Source: a virus. From it: a stretch of 64,000 bases of DNA. The notes below the pieces were generated by a model. That model did no database searches. It saw only the letters and a program-made list of their open reading frames with translations, and had not been told where the DNA came from. The DNA is taken from the IMG/VR virus record IMGVR_UViG_3300042673_002246; one strand, 5' to 3'. Numbering within the stretch: position 1 is the stretch's first letter; the number at the start of each line of letters is the position of its first letter. This document shows positions 23,685 to 32,630 of this stretch, piece by piece. The translations under genes were made by a program, and so were the position numbers.

Positions 23685-24401
23685 ATGGAACAAAATCAAG
23701 TAAAAGACGCTTCATCAATCATGAAGGAACTGTATGCGCAGTTCCCACAAGAATCAGAACGCACAATCGTCAAGAGCGGCGTATCACTTGTTTACTTGCC
23801 AATCAGCGAAGTAATCAATCGACTAAACAAGGTTCTCGGCGTGGAGGGCTGGTCATTTGAAATTATTTCAGTTCGTCGCGACGAAATTGACCAAGACGAA
23901 TTGGTAGCACACGTTGCGCTTACTGCAGAGATTGGCGACAAGCGAGTGGTTAAACATGGATTTGGTGGCTCAAACGTAAAGCGCGCTAAGAGCAATCAAA
24001 AGCCAGTTGACCTTGGAAATGACTTTAAGGGCGCGGTTTCTGATGCGTTAAAGAAGGCTGCCCAACAATTGGGAGTCGGTCTCTATCTTGCTCGCTCGGT
24101 TGACGCTATGGACGCCGAAGACGCAATTCTTCTTGATGCATCAGATGATGGTTTTGCGCGTATTCCAGAACAGGTTCCAACACCTGCGCTTTCTGAGCTT
24201 GAGGAAAAATGGAATACTTTCATCGATATCACCAAGGGGCTGAAGAAAGAACAGAAGGAAGAGTTGAACTCGTTCTGGTCAACCCACTCTGGAGGCCGAC
24301 CAAAGCCGACGAAGTCAAGTGCCACAATCGAGGACTTGCAAGCACTCATCACAGAGGCATTGCGAATTCAGTTTGGTGGGCAGTATGTCACTAATTCCTG
24401 A
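23685..24401 (+). CDS. Rad52/Rad22-family (Sak-like) single-strand annealing protein
   Basis: YL...VINRLNKVLGVEGWSF...KGAVSDALKKAAQQLGVGLYL. Confidence 0.88.
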   Translation: MEQNQVKDASSIMKELYAQFPQESERTIVKSGVSLVYLPISEVINRLNKVLGVEGWSFEIISVRRDEIDQDELVAHVALTAEIGDKRVVKHGFGGSNVKRAKSNQKPVDLGNDFKGAVSDALKKAAQQLGVGLYLARSVDAMDAEDAILLDASDDGFARIPEQVPTPALSELEEKWNTFIDITKGLKKEQKEELNSFWSTHSGGRPKPTKSSATIEDLQALITEALRIQFGGQYVTNS

Positions 24402-25167
24402 TGGTGGATTTGTCGCTCCAGAGTTTCTATCCCCATCATCACTGGGAACGTTCAGGCAGTGTCCGCAAAAATTTAAGTACAGCAAAATAGATGGTCTCCA
24501 TGACCCAAGTGGCCAAGAAGCAATTCTTGGAAATTTCGTTCACGACGTACTTGAAGATTTGTACAAACTTCCGCCAGAACTTAGAACTCTTGAGCAGGCA
24601 AAAGACCTTGCTCGCAACCAATGGGCGAATAAATGGTCGGCAGAAGCTTCGTCGGTAATTCACTCAGAGAAAGAACTCAACAGATTTCGTTGGGCTGCTT
24701 GGTGGTGTATTGAGAATCTTTGGCTAATTGAGGACCCGACTACCGTTTCTCCTTTTAGTATGGAGTCTTACGTTCGCGGAGATATAGGCGGAGTAAAAAT
24801 TCATGGATTCATCGACAGGCTAAGCGTTAATGGAAATAGCGCAAAAGTTAGTGACTACAAAACAGGGAAGACTCCAAAGAAAAATTATCTATCCGACAAA
24901 TTTTTTCAGTTGATTGTCTACACTCAACTTTTGTCTAGCCTAGACATAGATGTTGACCAAAAGTCCGTTGAACTCCTCTATTTAAAAGACGGAGTGAAGT
25001 TTGAAAAAGATGTTTCACTGGATGACATTAAATCAACCGTTGAGTCAATTCAATCGACAAAACAGGAAATTGACAAATGTTGTAAGACCGGTGAATTTGT
25101 TGCCAATAAATCTATTCTTTGCAATTGGTGTGGCTTCAAGGGAATCTGCCCTGCGTGGAATAATTAA
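24385..25167 (+). CDS. RecB-like PD-(D/E)XK exonuclease with 4-Cys Fe-S staple (start revised to 24385)
   Basis: LSPSS...CP, GNFVH, GFIDR, DYKTGK, QL..Y, CNWC...CP. Confidence 0.88.
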   Translation: MSLIPDGGFVAPEFLSPSSLGTFRQCPQKFKYSKIDGLHDPSGQEAILGNFVHDVLEDLYKLPPELRTLEQAKDLARNQWANKWSAEASSVIHSEKELNRFRWAAWWCIENLWLIEDPTTVSPFSMESYVRGDIGGVKIHGFIDRLSVNGNSAKVSDYKTGKTPKKNYLSDKFFQLIVYTQLLSSLDIDVDQKSVELLYLKDGVKFEKDVSLDDIKSTVESIQSTKQEIDKCCKTGEFVANKSILCNWCGFKGICPAWNN

Positions 25168-25185
25168 AAAATCAAGGAGAAGATA

Positions 25186-25698
25186 ATGCAAGTTTTAAAC
25201 GATGATTCATTTGCAAGAATGGTTGCGGAAGAGGTGAAGAATAAGCTCTCCCCAACGCATAAGCAGGTTCTTCTAGAAAAAGAAAACTGGGGAAGATGGA
25301 AAGATGCCCTTTTAGCATTGTCCGACAACCTCCAAAATCAAATCGACAATATCGAATCAGATGCCGAATCAGACAATCTTCGTTATTCCTCGCTTGGGCC
25401 AGCTGGCTCCAAGTTAAGTCGAGAAGCAATATCTTATTACGACACGAAAGCAACTCGCGTTAAGCGGTTTAAGTTTCATGTAGACAAGCGTCTTGACGAA
25501 GTCATGAACATGATTGAAACCGGCGCAGAAATACAGACCGATGGATGGGACCAGGTTGAATTTCTTCGAAGGGCAATCGTCACTCATCGCACCCTTATGC
25601 GTTCATTTGACCTTGAAGATACCGCCATCGATAGGGCTCTGTGGTCTACACTTGACAATAAGTGGCTATTCGATTCCGTCACTAGCGATAATTTGTAA
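25186..25698 (+). CDS. Hypothetical helical protein
   Basis: 170-aa ORF with AGGAG RBS. Confidence 0.7.
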   Translation: MQVLNDDSFARMVAEEVKNKLSPTHKQVLLEKENWGRWKDALLALSDNLQNQIDNIESDAESDNLRYSSLGPAGSKLSREAISYYDTKATRVKRFKFHVDKRLDEVMNMIETGAEIQTDGWDQVEFLRRAIVTHRTLMRSFDLEDTAIDRALWSTLDNKWLFDSVTSDNL

Positions 25699-25762
25699 TA
25701 AAGCCACACTTAATGTGCCCAGCAGGGAGATTCACGCTCTAAACATGTAATAGGAGATTCGT

Positions 25763-26140
25763 ATGCTTCGTCGTAAAAAGCCATTGAAGCGCACGCCGAT
25801 AAAGCGTTCAGCAACAAAAGCAAAGCCGCGAAAAGCAATTCGCAAACGAAGCAAAAAAATGTCTGATACATATGTGGAGCGCCGAAAGCTTGTTGAGAAA
25901 GTTCTTCAAGAAAGACCGCTGTGTGAAGCATGCAAAATATTTGCTACACACGACGGAAAAATAACTTTCAATCACCATCTAAGCAGAGACCTGCATGAAG
26001 TTATTCGTCGCTCACAGGGCGGTTCGATTCTGGACGAAGAAAATATCCTGGCTGTATGCAGGCCTTGTCACGCAAGAATTAACGCCAACCCGCAGCTTGC
26101 ATTCGACCTTGGTTTAGCCAAGCATGGATGGGAACGCTAG
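25763..26140 (+). CDS. HNH endonuclease with basic N-terminus
   Basis: CEAC...HEVIRRSQGG...NILAVCRPCH. Confidence 0.85.
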   Translation: MLRRKKPLKRTPIKRSATKAKPRKAIRKRSKKMSDTYVERRKLVEKVLQERPLCEACKIFATHDGKITFNHHLSRDLHEVIRRSQGGSILDEENILAVCRPCHARINANPQLAFDLGLAKHGWER

Positions 26141-26757
26141 TTTTCTACAGAACCAATTCTTGGGGCAACCCTTTTGCTTCCTGCCCAGGCATCTCTGAGG
26201 GATTCCCCATCATTCGTAGTCACATCTCCGCCATTAAGAAATTGTCCGTAACCTCCAGAAACAATAACCAAATCAGCAACACCGAATAGGGCCAGCGTTA
26301 TTCTCTTGCGACGCCATTTTTCTTCTACGAATATTTGTTGTATTTTTGAATCTTGCTTAAACCATTGCAAAAACCCAACACGCTGAGAGCGTCCGAGAAA
26401 TTTTTTGTTTATTAAGTCACTTTCCATAACTATTGTTCCGGATGGGAAATCATCTCCGAATAATGCATAGATAAACATCATTGGTATTGCTGGACCGTTC
26501 GGATGTGGACGCGGCGCATCTTTCACTACATACCAAAGAGGAGGGGTAATCCCGATAATGTCTTCGTCTTTCCAGTTTATGAAAAGATTATTTTCTGAGT
26601 CTAGAGACCCATACCAAACCGATTCAGCGCTAGTAGGTTTATCTTTAGAAACAACAGTGGAAGGACGCTCAAACTCCTCCGTCGAGAAAGCATGAACTTC
26701 CGCCCATCTGTTGTTTAATTTGCCTGATTCCCAAAACCAAAGTTGCTTAAAAGGCAT
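26137..26757 (-). CDS. Possible GNAT-fold acetyltransferase
   Basis: IQQIFVEEKWRRKRITLALF resembles GNAT motif A; later T.DG helix. Confidence 0.5.
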   Translation of the reverse strand: MPFKQLWFWESGKLNNRWAEVHAFSTEEFERPSTVVSKDKPTSAESVWYGSLDSENNLFINWKDEDIIGITPPLWYVVKDAPRPHPNGPAIPMMFIYALFGDDFPSGTIVMESDLINKKFLGRSQRVGFLQWFKQDSKIQQIFVEEKWRRKRITLALFGVADLVIVSGGYGQFLNGGDVTTNDGESLRDAWAGSKRVAPRIGSVEN

Positions 26758-26766
26758 TAGGCTAGG

Positions 26767-27459
26767 TTAGTCGTTCCACCAATCAACCCATGGCTTTTGT
26801 GTAGCAGAAACAGCATCTTCACCAGACATACCAGTGTATGCAATCGAGATGATGACCTTTGCGTCATTCTCGTAGTCGTCCCAGTTGCCATCGACGTTGT
26901 AGACGAACATCTGGAGGAATTCGTCGGTATTCATAACCGCAGCATCTGCGAGGTACGTCCGTTCATTCCACTCTTCTTCGCTCCAATTGGAGTTTGTAGC
27001 GCGTGATTTTTCAATAGGTGATGCAGCAGTACTTCTAAGGCTCATTGCATTTCCTCCGAAACCGCCACCCTCTGTGCAGAATGCACCAATTCTTCCAGCG
27101 GCATCGTCTGGATTGCCAAGCCACATTGTTGGCTTAAGTTCTTCGTTTATGCTCTGGCTGTAGCCAAGGTCTTCAAATGCGTACAATATGTCGTTTGGGT
27201 TGTCGTAAATGCTGTGTTGAGTCTTGGAATTCTTTGCTTTATAAGCCGCAAGAGCCAAAACTCTGTCAGTTGTCTCAATGTCCAAAGTTGTCTCATCACC
27301 CTGCCAGAAACCAGCCGTGTTGCCGTAAATCGCTTGTGTGGTGAACCAGATTGATACAATCTTGACTCTGAATGGGAATGACACATTCAAAAAAGATGGG
27401 TCGCTGATTTTTACGGTCCAATCGTAGTTAACTATGGATGGTGCGATAATTCCGGACAT
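26767..27459 (-). CDS. Hypothetical acidic beta-rich protein
   Basis: 230-aa ORF with AGGAG RBS. Confidence 0.7.
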   Translation of the reverse strand: MSGIIAPSIVNYDWTVKISDPSFLNVSFPFRVKIVSIWFTTQAIYGNTAGFWQGDETTLDIETTDRVLALAAYKAKNSKTQHSIYDNPNDILYAFEDLGYSQSINEELKPTMWLGNPDDAAGRIGAFCTEGGGFGGNAMSLRSTAASPIEKSRATNSNWSEEEWNERTYLADAAVMNTDEFLQMFVYNVDGNWDDYENDAKVIISIAYTGMSGEDAVSATQKPWVDWWND

Positions 27460-27576
27460 GTTTTCTCCTTCGAGTAGTTAAACAGCTTACTACAGATATT
27501 CTTTTTTAAAAGTTTATTATTAACACTTTCAGTATTTATTACGGGTGTAATGTAGTAATCCTTAGGACCGTTATAG

Positions 27577-27625
27577 GTGCGAGGGCCGGGTGCACAGGGC
27601 AACGTGCGGCACCCGGTTCTTGCAT
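27577..27625 (+). ncRNA. Candidate structured RNA: 16-bp stem with three G-U pairs and a GCAA-containing apex
   Basis: tgcgagggccgggtgc (27578-27593) pairs with gcacccggttcttgca (27609-27624); GC-rich island in an AT-rich intergenic region. Confidence 0.4.
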
Positions 27626-27721
27626 GTTCAAAATTAAACAAATTAATTTTTAATTGGTTTACTAATCAGTATTTATTTTTAGTGTTACGATTTTTTCATC
27701 TAGCCAACATCTACTCTTAGC

Positions 27722-27846
27722 GAGAGAAAGGCAGGTGGTCAAAGGTCTAGTAGCGCGAGCTACGGCAAAACTACGCCAGACGTAAAACCACCAGCGCCAG
27801 TAGCACCCGCCGGACAGGCTAGAAGTTCGGCGGGTCTTTGCTTTTT
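27722..27846 (+). ncRNA. Candidate small RNA or cis-regulatory RNA: three-way junction followed by intrinsic terminator
   Basis: ggtggt/accacc, gtct/agac, gtagc-GCGA-gctac, ggc-aaaactac-gcc; upstream TACTCT possible -10. Confidence 0.45.
27805..27846 (+). terminator. Rho-independent terminator
   Basis: 11-bp stem acccgccggac/gttcggcgggt followed by ctttgcttttt. Confidence 0.7.
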
Positions 27847-27863
27847 AGGTTAATGTCTACTAA

Positions 27864-28400
27864 GTGAATATTCTTTCGCTCGACTTATCCCTAACGTCCA
27901 CTGGTTATTGCCACAATGGCGAAACCGGAGTTATATCTGTCGACAAAACTGGACCGCATCGTTTGTGGTTGATAAAACGCAAAGTTGAAGACCTAATCAT
28001 TGAATTCTCGATTGACGTTGTTGCCATGGAGGGGTATTCGTTTGCTTCCAGGAATTCTCAGGCACATTCAATTGGTGAACTTGGTGGTGTGATTCGTCTC
28101 TTGCTTTGGGAATTGGGCAGGCCAGTAGTCGTGATTCCCCCAACATGTAGAGCAAAATTTGCAACAGGAAAAGGCAATGCTTCTAAAAATGAAGTAATTT
28201 CTTCCATATCTGCAAAAACAGGACTAGTGTGGTCAAACCCTGGTGCAGATGATAAATGCGACGCTTGGATTATGGAAGAGATGGTTCTGGCTCGCCTTGG
28301 GAGTCCTAGATTTGACTGGCCAGCCACGCACGTATCTGGTCTAGAGAAAGTAGATTGGACGCTACTAAATGCCTACATTGAACAGCTTGGAGAGAAATGA
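27864..28400 (+). CDS. ruvC: RuvC-like Holliday junction resolvase
   Basis: LSLDLSLTSTG, VAMEGY, ELGGVIR, ATGKGNASK, DDKCDA. Confidence 0.88.
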   Translation: MNILSLDLSLTSTGYCHNGETGVISVDKTGPHRLWLIKRKVEDLIIEFSIDVVAMEGYSFASRNSQAHSIGELGGVIRLLLWELGRPVVVIPPTCRAKFATGKGNASKNEVISSISAKTGLVWSNPGADDKCDAWIMEEMVLARLGSPRFDWPATHVSGLEKVDWTLLNAYIEQLGEK

Positions 28401-28732
28401 GAAATAACCCAATAAGCCAAGTCGAGATTGAACAAGAGCTGCTTCGCTTGATGGACAAGCTCGAGACCGAAACTGAGCAGTTCGAAACGCTCGCAATGGA
28501 TTGTGCAAAAAAAGAAGCGCTTTATAAGTCAAATTGGGCCAAGGAATATCTTTCTGCTAAAGGCTCAATCAAAGAGCGTGAAGCATGGGCTGATTACAAA
28601 ATGGACCAGCAGAATTTCGAGTACAAGTGTGCCGAGGCGCTGGTGAAGTCAAAGCGTGAGTCGCTTCTGTCTATTCGTGCTTCAATGGATGCAATCCGAA
28701 CACTCAATGCAAATGTCAGGACACAGGTTTAA
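28397..28732 (+). CDS. Coiled-coil hypothetical protein (possibly recombination accessory)
   Basis: 111 aa, helical, ATGA-coupled to ruvC. Confidence 0.65.
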   Translation: MRNNPISQVEIEQELLRLMDKLETETEQFETLAMDCAKKEALYKSNWAKEYLSAKGSIKEREAWADYKMDQQNFEYKCAEALVKSKRESLLSIRASMDAIRTLNANVRTQV

Positions 28733-28735
28733 CTT

Positions 28736-29584
28736 ATGGCTAATGGAATACATGAATCGCTTCTTTCGCTTGCGGTAGATATCGACACGCTTTTCCCGCT
28801 TGACAACAATCCGCGGCGAGGCAATGTTGAAGCAATCATGTCGTCGTATGCAGAATTTGGCCAAATCAAACCTATCGTTGTGCGCCCAAACGGAGATGGA
28901 ACATCAACCGTTATTGCGGGAAATCATCAATTTGAAGCCGCAAAGCGTCTCGGGTGGGACAAGATTGCAGCAGTTGAATATGATGTGGACGACAAGCGAG
29001 CAATTGCATTCGCATTAGCAGACAACAGAACCATGGAGCTCGGATATACCGAGCCAGAATTGCTTAATGATTTTGTCTTAGAAATTAGTGATTACTACCC
29101 AGAGTTAATGGATGGACTTGGCTGGGATGAATTTGATATTGCTGAAATAGAACAAAAATCGATACGTGAAAACCACCAGGTGGTTGACAGCGGAGAATAT
29201 AGGCCACCTGTAATCGTCAATCCAAATGCGTCGTTTGATAATCCAGATGATTTGGTTGATGATGAAGAAGATTCTCCAGCATCAATCCAGCCAAGACAAT
29301 CTGTAGACATGAATACAGTAGAGGTAACCAAAACACGAGATGGTCAGCATCTTTCAGCAAAGGGCGGGGTAGACCAGCGCGATGCTGCTATTCGCGGTTC
29401 AACCACTGTTTCACCCTCGTCTGCTCCGCAGGCAGTTGTTCAGTACACACTTGTTTTTGATTCACCACAACAGCAATCTCGTTGGTATGACTTCATTAGG
29501 TGGTTGCGCTCTGACCCAGGTATAGATGGCTCAACAACGGCAGAAAGACTGATGAACTTCATTGATGAACACTGCGAGATTTGA
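28736..29584 (+). CDS. ParB/Srx N-terminal domain protein
   Basis: NNPRRG...FGQIKPIVV...IAGNHQFEAAKRLGW...ALADNR. Confidence 0.88.
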   Translation: MANGIHESLLSLAVDIDTLFPLDNNPRRGNVEAIMSSYAEFGQIKPIVVRPNGDGTSTVIAGNHQFEAAKRLGWDKIAAVEYDVDDKRAIAFALADNRTMELGYTEPELLNDFVLEISDYYPELMDGLGWDEFDIAEIEQKSIRENHQVVDSGEYRPPVIVNPNASFDNPDDLVDDEEDSPASIQPRQSVDMNTVEVTKTRDGQHLSAKGGVDQRDAAIRGSTTVSPSSAPQAVVQYTLVFDSPQQQSRWYDFIRWLRSDPGIDGSTTAERLMNFIDEHCEI

Positions 29585-29593
29585 TAGTTAATA

Positions 29594-30736
29594 ATGACTA
29601 GACAGCGACTCTTTTTGGATATGAGCTGTGTTGATGCAGCACGTGAACGCATTCGTCACGTATACGACACGTTCGACACCGTTTGTGTGCAGTTCTCCGG
29701 AGGAAAAGACTCAACAGCGGTTCTGTATCTTGCAAAAGAAATCCACGAAGAGCGCGGGCTTGGTCCAGTGAAGGTGATTTTTCGTGACGAAGAAATGGTT
29801 AGTCCTGCAGTAGTCAAATATGTAGAACAAGTTCGAAATTATGACTGGGTCGATATGGAGTGGTATTGCTTACCATATCCAGCAGAAGTTTGGGTTCTTG
29901 GGCACAGAATAACGACGCTGCTATGGAGTGACCAGAGACGAAAACAGGACCGTCTTGTCAGGGAGATTCCACCATGGGCAATTACTGGAAAACACTTTGG
30001 GTTGAATCACGATGTATCGCTGCCAGAGCAGACCGATTACTACACAATGCAGGGAAAGAAGGGAAACGTTGCTTTTCTAACTGGGGTTCGCGCCAGCGAA
30101 TCAATGGTTCGTTACCGCTCAATTGTCCAAAAGCTTCATGAAAATTACATCGTTACGCCATACAAACTGAAGCGCGGCATACCACTAAAGTTTGCAAAAA
30201 TAATTTATGACTGGAACACAAACGATGTATTTAAATTTATAATCGAGGAACACGGCGCAGATTACTGTGAATACTATGACCTAGCTGTTGCTACGGGTAG
30301 CAACACAAGAATAGGAATACCGCTACACGCCACGGCAATCAGACGGATAGGTGATGTGATTGCAACAGAGCCAGAGTTCTACGACCGTCTTTATGAATGC
30401 TTCCCATACATTGATGCTCAGCGTAGAGTGTGGCCGGAGTACGACGTAGAAAAAGTTATCGCCTCTTATGCCAAAGACGGATTTGCTGGTGCCTCGGCCT
30501 TTATTGATAAATACCTAGTTGGCTCACGCAGGCAGATGGAGGCGCGAGTCTTCGTTTCTAAGTTTCGCAAAAAACACCTAACCGACCCGCATGGTTACCC
30601 GGTTGCTTGGCTCATAAGGAACTTGATGCTTAACGAAATTGACGTAAACTCACCAACACCAGTCGGGCCAAGAACAAAAGCCCACACCATACGAACAGCG
30701 GAGCTAGAACAGGAACTTTACGGCGATGGCTATTAA
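29594..30736 (+). CDS. PAPS-reductase-family (PP-loop) protein, YbdN/IbrA-like
   Basis: AARERI...FSGGKDS...FRDEE...WYCLP...GVRASES..R...IYDW...DVF. Confidence 0.85.
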   Translation: MTRQRLFLDMSCVDAARERIRHVYDTFDTVCVQFSGGKDSTAVLYLAKEIHEERGLGPVKVIFRDEEMVSPAVVKYVEQVRNYDWVDMEWYCLPYPAEVWVLGHRITTLLWSDQRRKQDRLVREIPPWAITGKHFGLNHDVSLPEQTDYYTMQGKKGNVAFLTGVRASESMVRYRSIVQKLHENYIVTPYKLKRGIPLKFAKIIYDWNTNDVFKFIIEEHGADYCEYYDLAVATGSNTRIGIPLHATAIRRIGDVIATEPEFYDRLYECFPYIDAQRRVWPEYDVEKVIASYAKDGFAGASAFIDKYLVGSRRQMEARVFVSKFRKKHLTDPHGYPVAWLIRNLMLNEIDVNSPTPVGPRTKAHTIRTAELEQELYGDGY

Positions 30737-31283
30737 TATTGAATATGTAGATATGGACTTGCTCGTGGTTCCAAGTTGGCGCGCAACATATGTCCTCAGA
30801 CCAGAACTTCTTATCATTTCTGGCTCACTTATGGAGTTTGGTTTCATTCAACCAATTCATGTAAGGCGCTCGTCTAATGAAATAATTGATGGTTCTGAAA
30901 GATTTCTTCTTGCAAGCAATATTGACGATATATATGAACAACTTGACGGAAAGATTCCAGTTGTTTTTCATGACGTTAACCAAATAGATGCAATGATTAT
31001 GCATTTGCGCCTTAATCGTGGGCGCTCAACTGTTGTGGCTGCAAAAACATCGGAAATAATTAGAAAAGCAAAACGCTCCGGAGACTACAGAGATAGCGAC
31101 TTTAATGAGTTACTTTCAATGAGAAACGAAGAGCTTTCATTAATGCTTGACGGAAGTGTCCTAAAAGCAAGGAAAATAAAAGAACATAATTACGCCAAAG
31201 CATGGGTTCCAATAGAGGCTCCATCGTCTCTTCCGGTATCGGACAAGATGGTTATTGAATCTCCGCCAAATCCTGACAGATAA
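30726..31283 (+). CDS. ParB-like protein, YbdM/IbrB-like, divergent active site
   Basis: FGFIQPI...IIDGSER...HLRLNRGR...YAKAWVP. Confidence 0.75.
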   Translation: MAINIEYVDMDLLVVPSWRATYVLRPELLIISGSLMEFGFIQPIHVRRSSNEIIDGSERFLLASNIDDIYEQLDGKIPVVFHDVNQIDAMIMHLRLNRGRSTVVAAKTSEIIRKAKRSGDYRDSDFNELLSMRNEELSLMLDGSVLKARKIKEHNYAKAWVPIEAPSSLPVSDKMVIESPPNPDR

Positions 31284-31297
31284 AGAACATTTTTTTC

Positions 31298-31306
31298 TGC
31301 TATATT
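31298..31306 (+). promoter_or_regulatory. Extended -10 promoter candidate (TGcTATATT)
   Basis: TGn-TAnnnT upstream of the AAGGAG RBS of 31329. Confidence 0.45.
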
Positions 31307-31328
31307 TTTATAGAGCTTAAGGAGCAAC

Positions 31329-32138
31329 ATGCCTGGTGTACGGTACGGCCCTGACATTTCTGATGACGCCGCATATATTCTGAATCAAATTGTCAGCCTC
31401 CAAGATGTCGAGGCTGACCTCAAGCGTCGTGGGCGAAAACTTAACGACCGTGACTCGAAGACTTTGGCACGAAACGTAAAAGCAGCTCAAACATTTTTTG
31501 GTGTAAGTGCTGCAGACATAAAGAAACGAAAATTCGGTGACATGGGAACACTGGCTCAGTATTCCATGGAGGGAATCAATCTCTCTCGCCGCAAGAGGGG
31601 GGCCAACGGTAAATGGGTTTACACAAAATCGAAGCGTGTAAAACTTGCAAAAGACAAAGATGGAATTGCGAAACGTACAGTTGCTGAAGAGCACGTAAAA
31701 TACAGAGGAGCGAATCCAGGCCGCACGTTTATTAGTGCTAGCGAGGACAAGGCAATTCGCAAAAAACTTGACCCAGTTGGTGGTGGAACATACCTTGGAA
31801 GGACGAGTCCAAGAAAATTTATGGATGCGCAAAAACGCTTCTATGACCGGATGTCAAAAAAAGGCGCAGTATCTTACGGTAACCAACCGGCAAGAAAAAT
31901 ACGCGGTCAGGACGACCTGGATAAAGTCAATATAGCCAAGCAATATGGCAAAAGCATCCGTCCAAGAATGACAACCTCACGTCCTGGCGGAAGAAGAAAA
32001 GCGACCCCAAAGACTCCAGCTCAGTTGAAGCGTGAAAAGACGATTGCAAATGCTGGTCGACGTAGTGGGACTATGAGTACGGCCAAGAAAGCACGTGGGG
32101 CAAAAAAGCCAACGAAGCCGCGCAAACGGGCTAAGTAA
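31329..32138 (+). CDS. Highly basic K/R-rich protein (possible DNA-condensing/core protein)
   Basis: Composition; C-terminus KKARGAKKPTKPRKRAK; strong RBS. Confidence 0.6.
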   Translation: MPGVRYGPDISDDAAYILNQIVSLQDVEADLKRRGRKLNDRDSKTLARNVKAAQTFFGVSAADIKKRKFGDMGTLAQYSMEGINLSRRKRGANGKWVYTKSKRVKLAKDKDGIAKRTVAEEHVKYRGANPGRTFISASEDKAIRKKLDPVGGGTYLGRTSPRKFMDAQKRFYDRMSKKGAVSYGNQPARKIRGQDDLDKVNIAKQYGKSIRPRMTTSRPGGRRKATPKTPAQLKREKTIANAGRRSGTMSTAKKARGAKKPTKPRKRAK

Positions 32139-32143
32139 TTTAC

Positions 32144-32533
32144 CTAGCTAGTAAAAATTGATTCCCAATCGCCAAGGTCTACTTCTGCGCCATCACTCGT
32201 TGTTTCGTCAATGTCATCTTCATAATAGGCTTCACCCTCTTCACCGATACTTTTCTCCATCAGCATTTGTTTAACGCTTTCAACTGGAGAAATTTCAGCC
32301 AGAATTTTTCCATCTTTTGTTTCGCCGACGATTCTCATATTGAGAGAACCCATGCACAAAACGGCAATATCCCAAACGAAGAGCACGAACTCTTCGAGTT
32401 GCTCTTCATTCTCTAGTTCTTCATTTTCCTCGAAAAAATAGTAAAGAATTTCAGATACATGGTTGATTATGTCAACAACATGTTCTTTTTGTTTTTCCTT
32501 AGGAATTCGAACAATTTTTGCTTCCTCGGCCAT
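32144..32533 (-). CDS. Highly acidic small protein, apparently leaderless
   Basis: E/D-rich; TGcTAGCTT 6 nt upstream of the ATG. Confidence 0.7.
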   Translation of the reverse strand: MAEEAKIVRIPKEKQKEHVVDIINHVSEILYYFFEENEELENEEQLEEFVLFVWDIAVLCMGSLNMRIVGETKDGKILAEISPVESVKQMLMEKSIGEEGEAYYEDDIDETTSDGAEVDLGDWESIFTS

Positions 32534-32579
32534 ACCCAGAAGCTAGCACATAGTGTTGGCAAGGGGGATACGTGTTTAA

Positions 32580-32588
32580 TGTTAAAAT
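32580..32588 (+). promoter_or_regulatory. Extended -10 promoter candidate for the neck/tail operon (TGtTAAAAT)
   Basis: TGn-TAAAAT upstream of the GAGG RBS of 32631. Confidence 0.5.
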
Positions 32589-32630
32589 TTAATATCAGCA
32601 ATTTATTGCATCATTTGACGAGAGGCCGAA

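Noticed and set aside
24385-25167. Cas4/CRISPR system
   Set aside because: No cas1/cas2 or repeat-spacer array seen; pairing with an SSAP fits a recombination exonuclease
27760-27800. tmRNA or c-di-GMP riboswitch (GGCAAAACTACGCC)
   Set aside because: No tRNA-like ends, no valid tag frame ending in Ala-Ala, and no GEMM two-hairpin consensus
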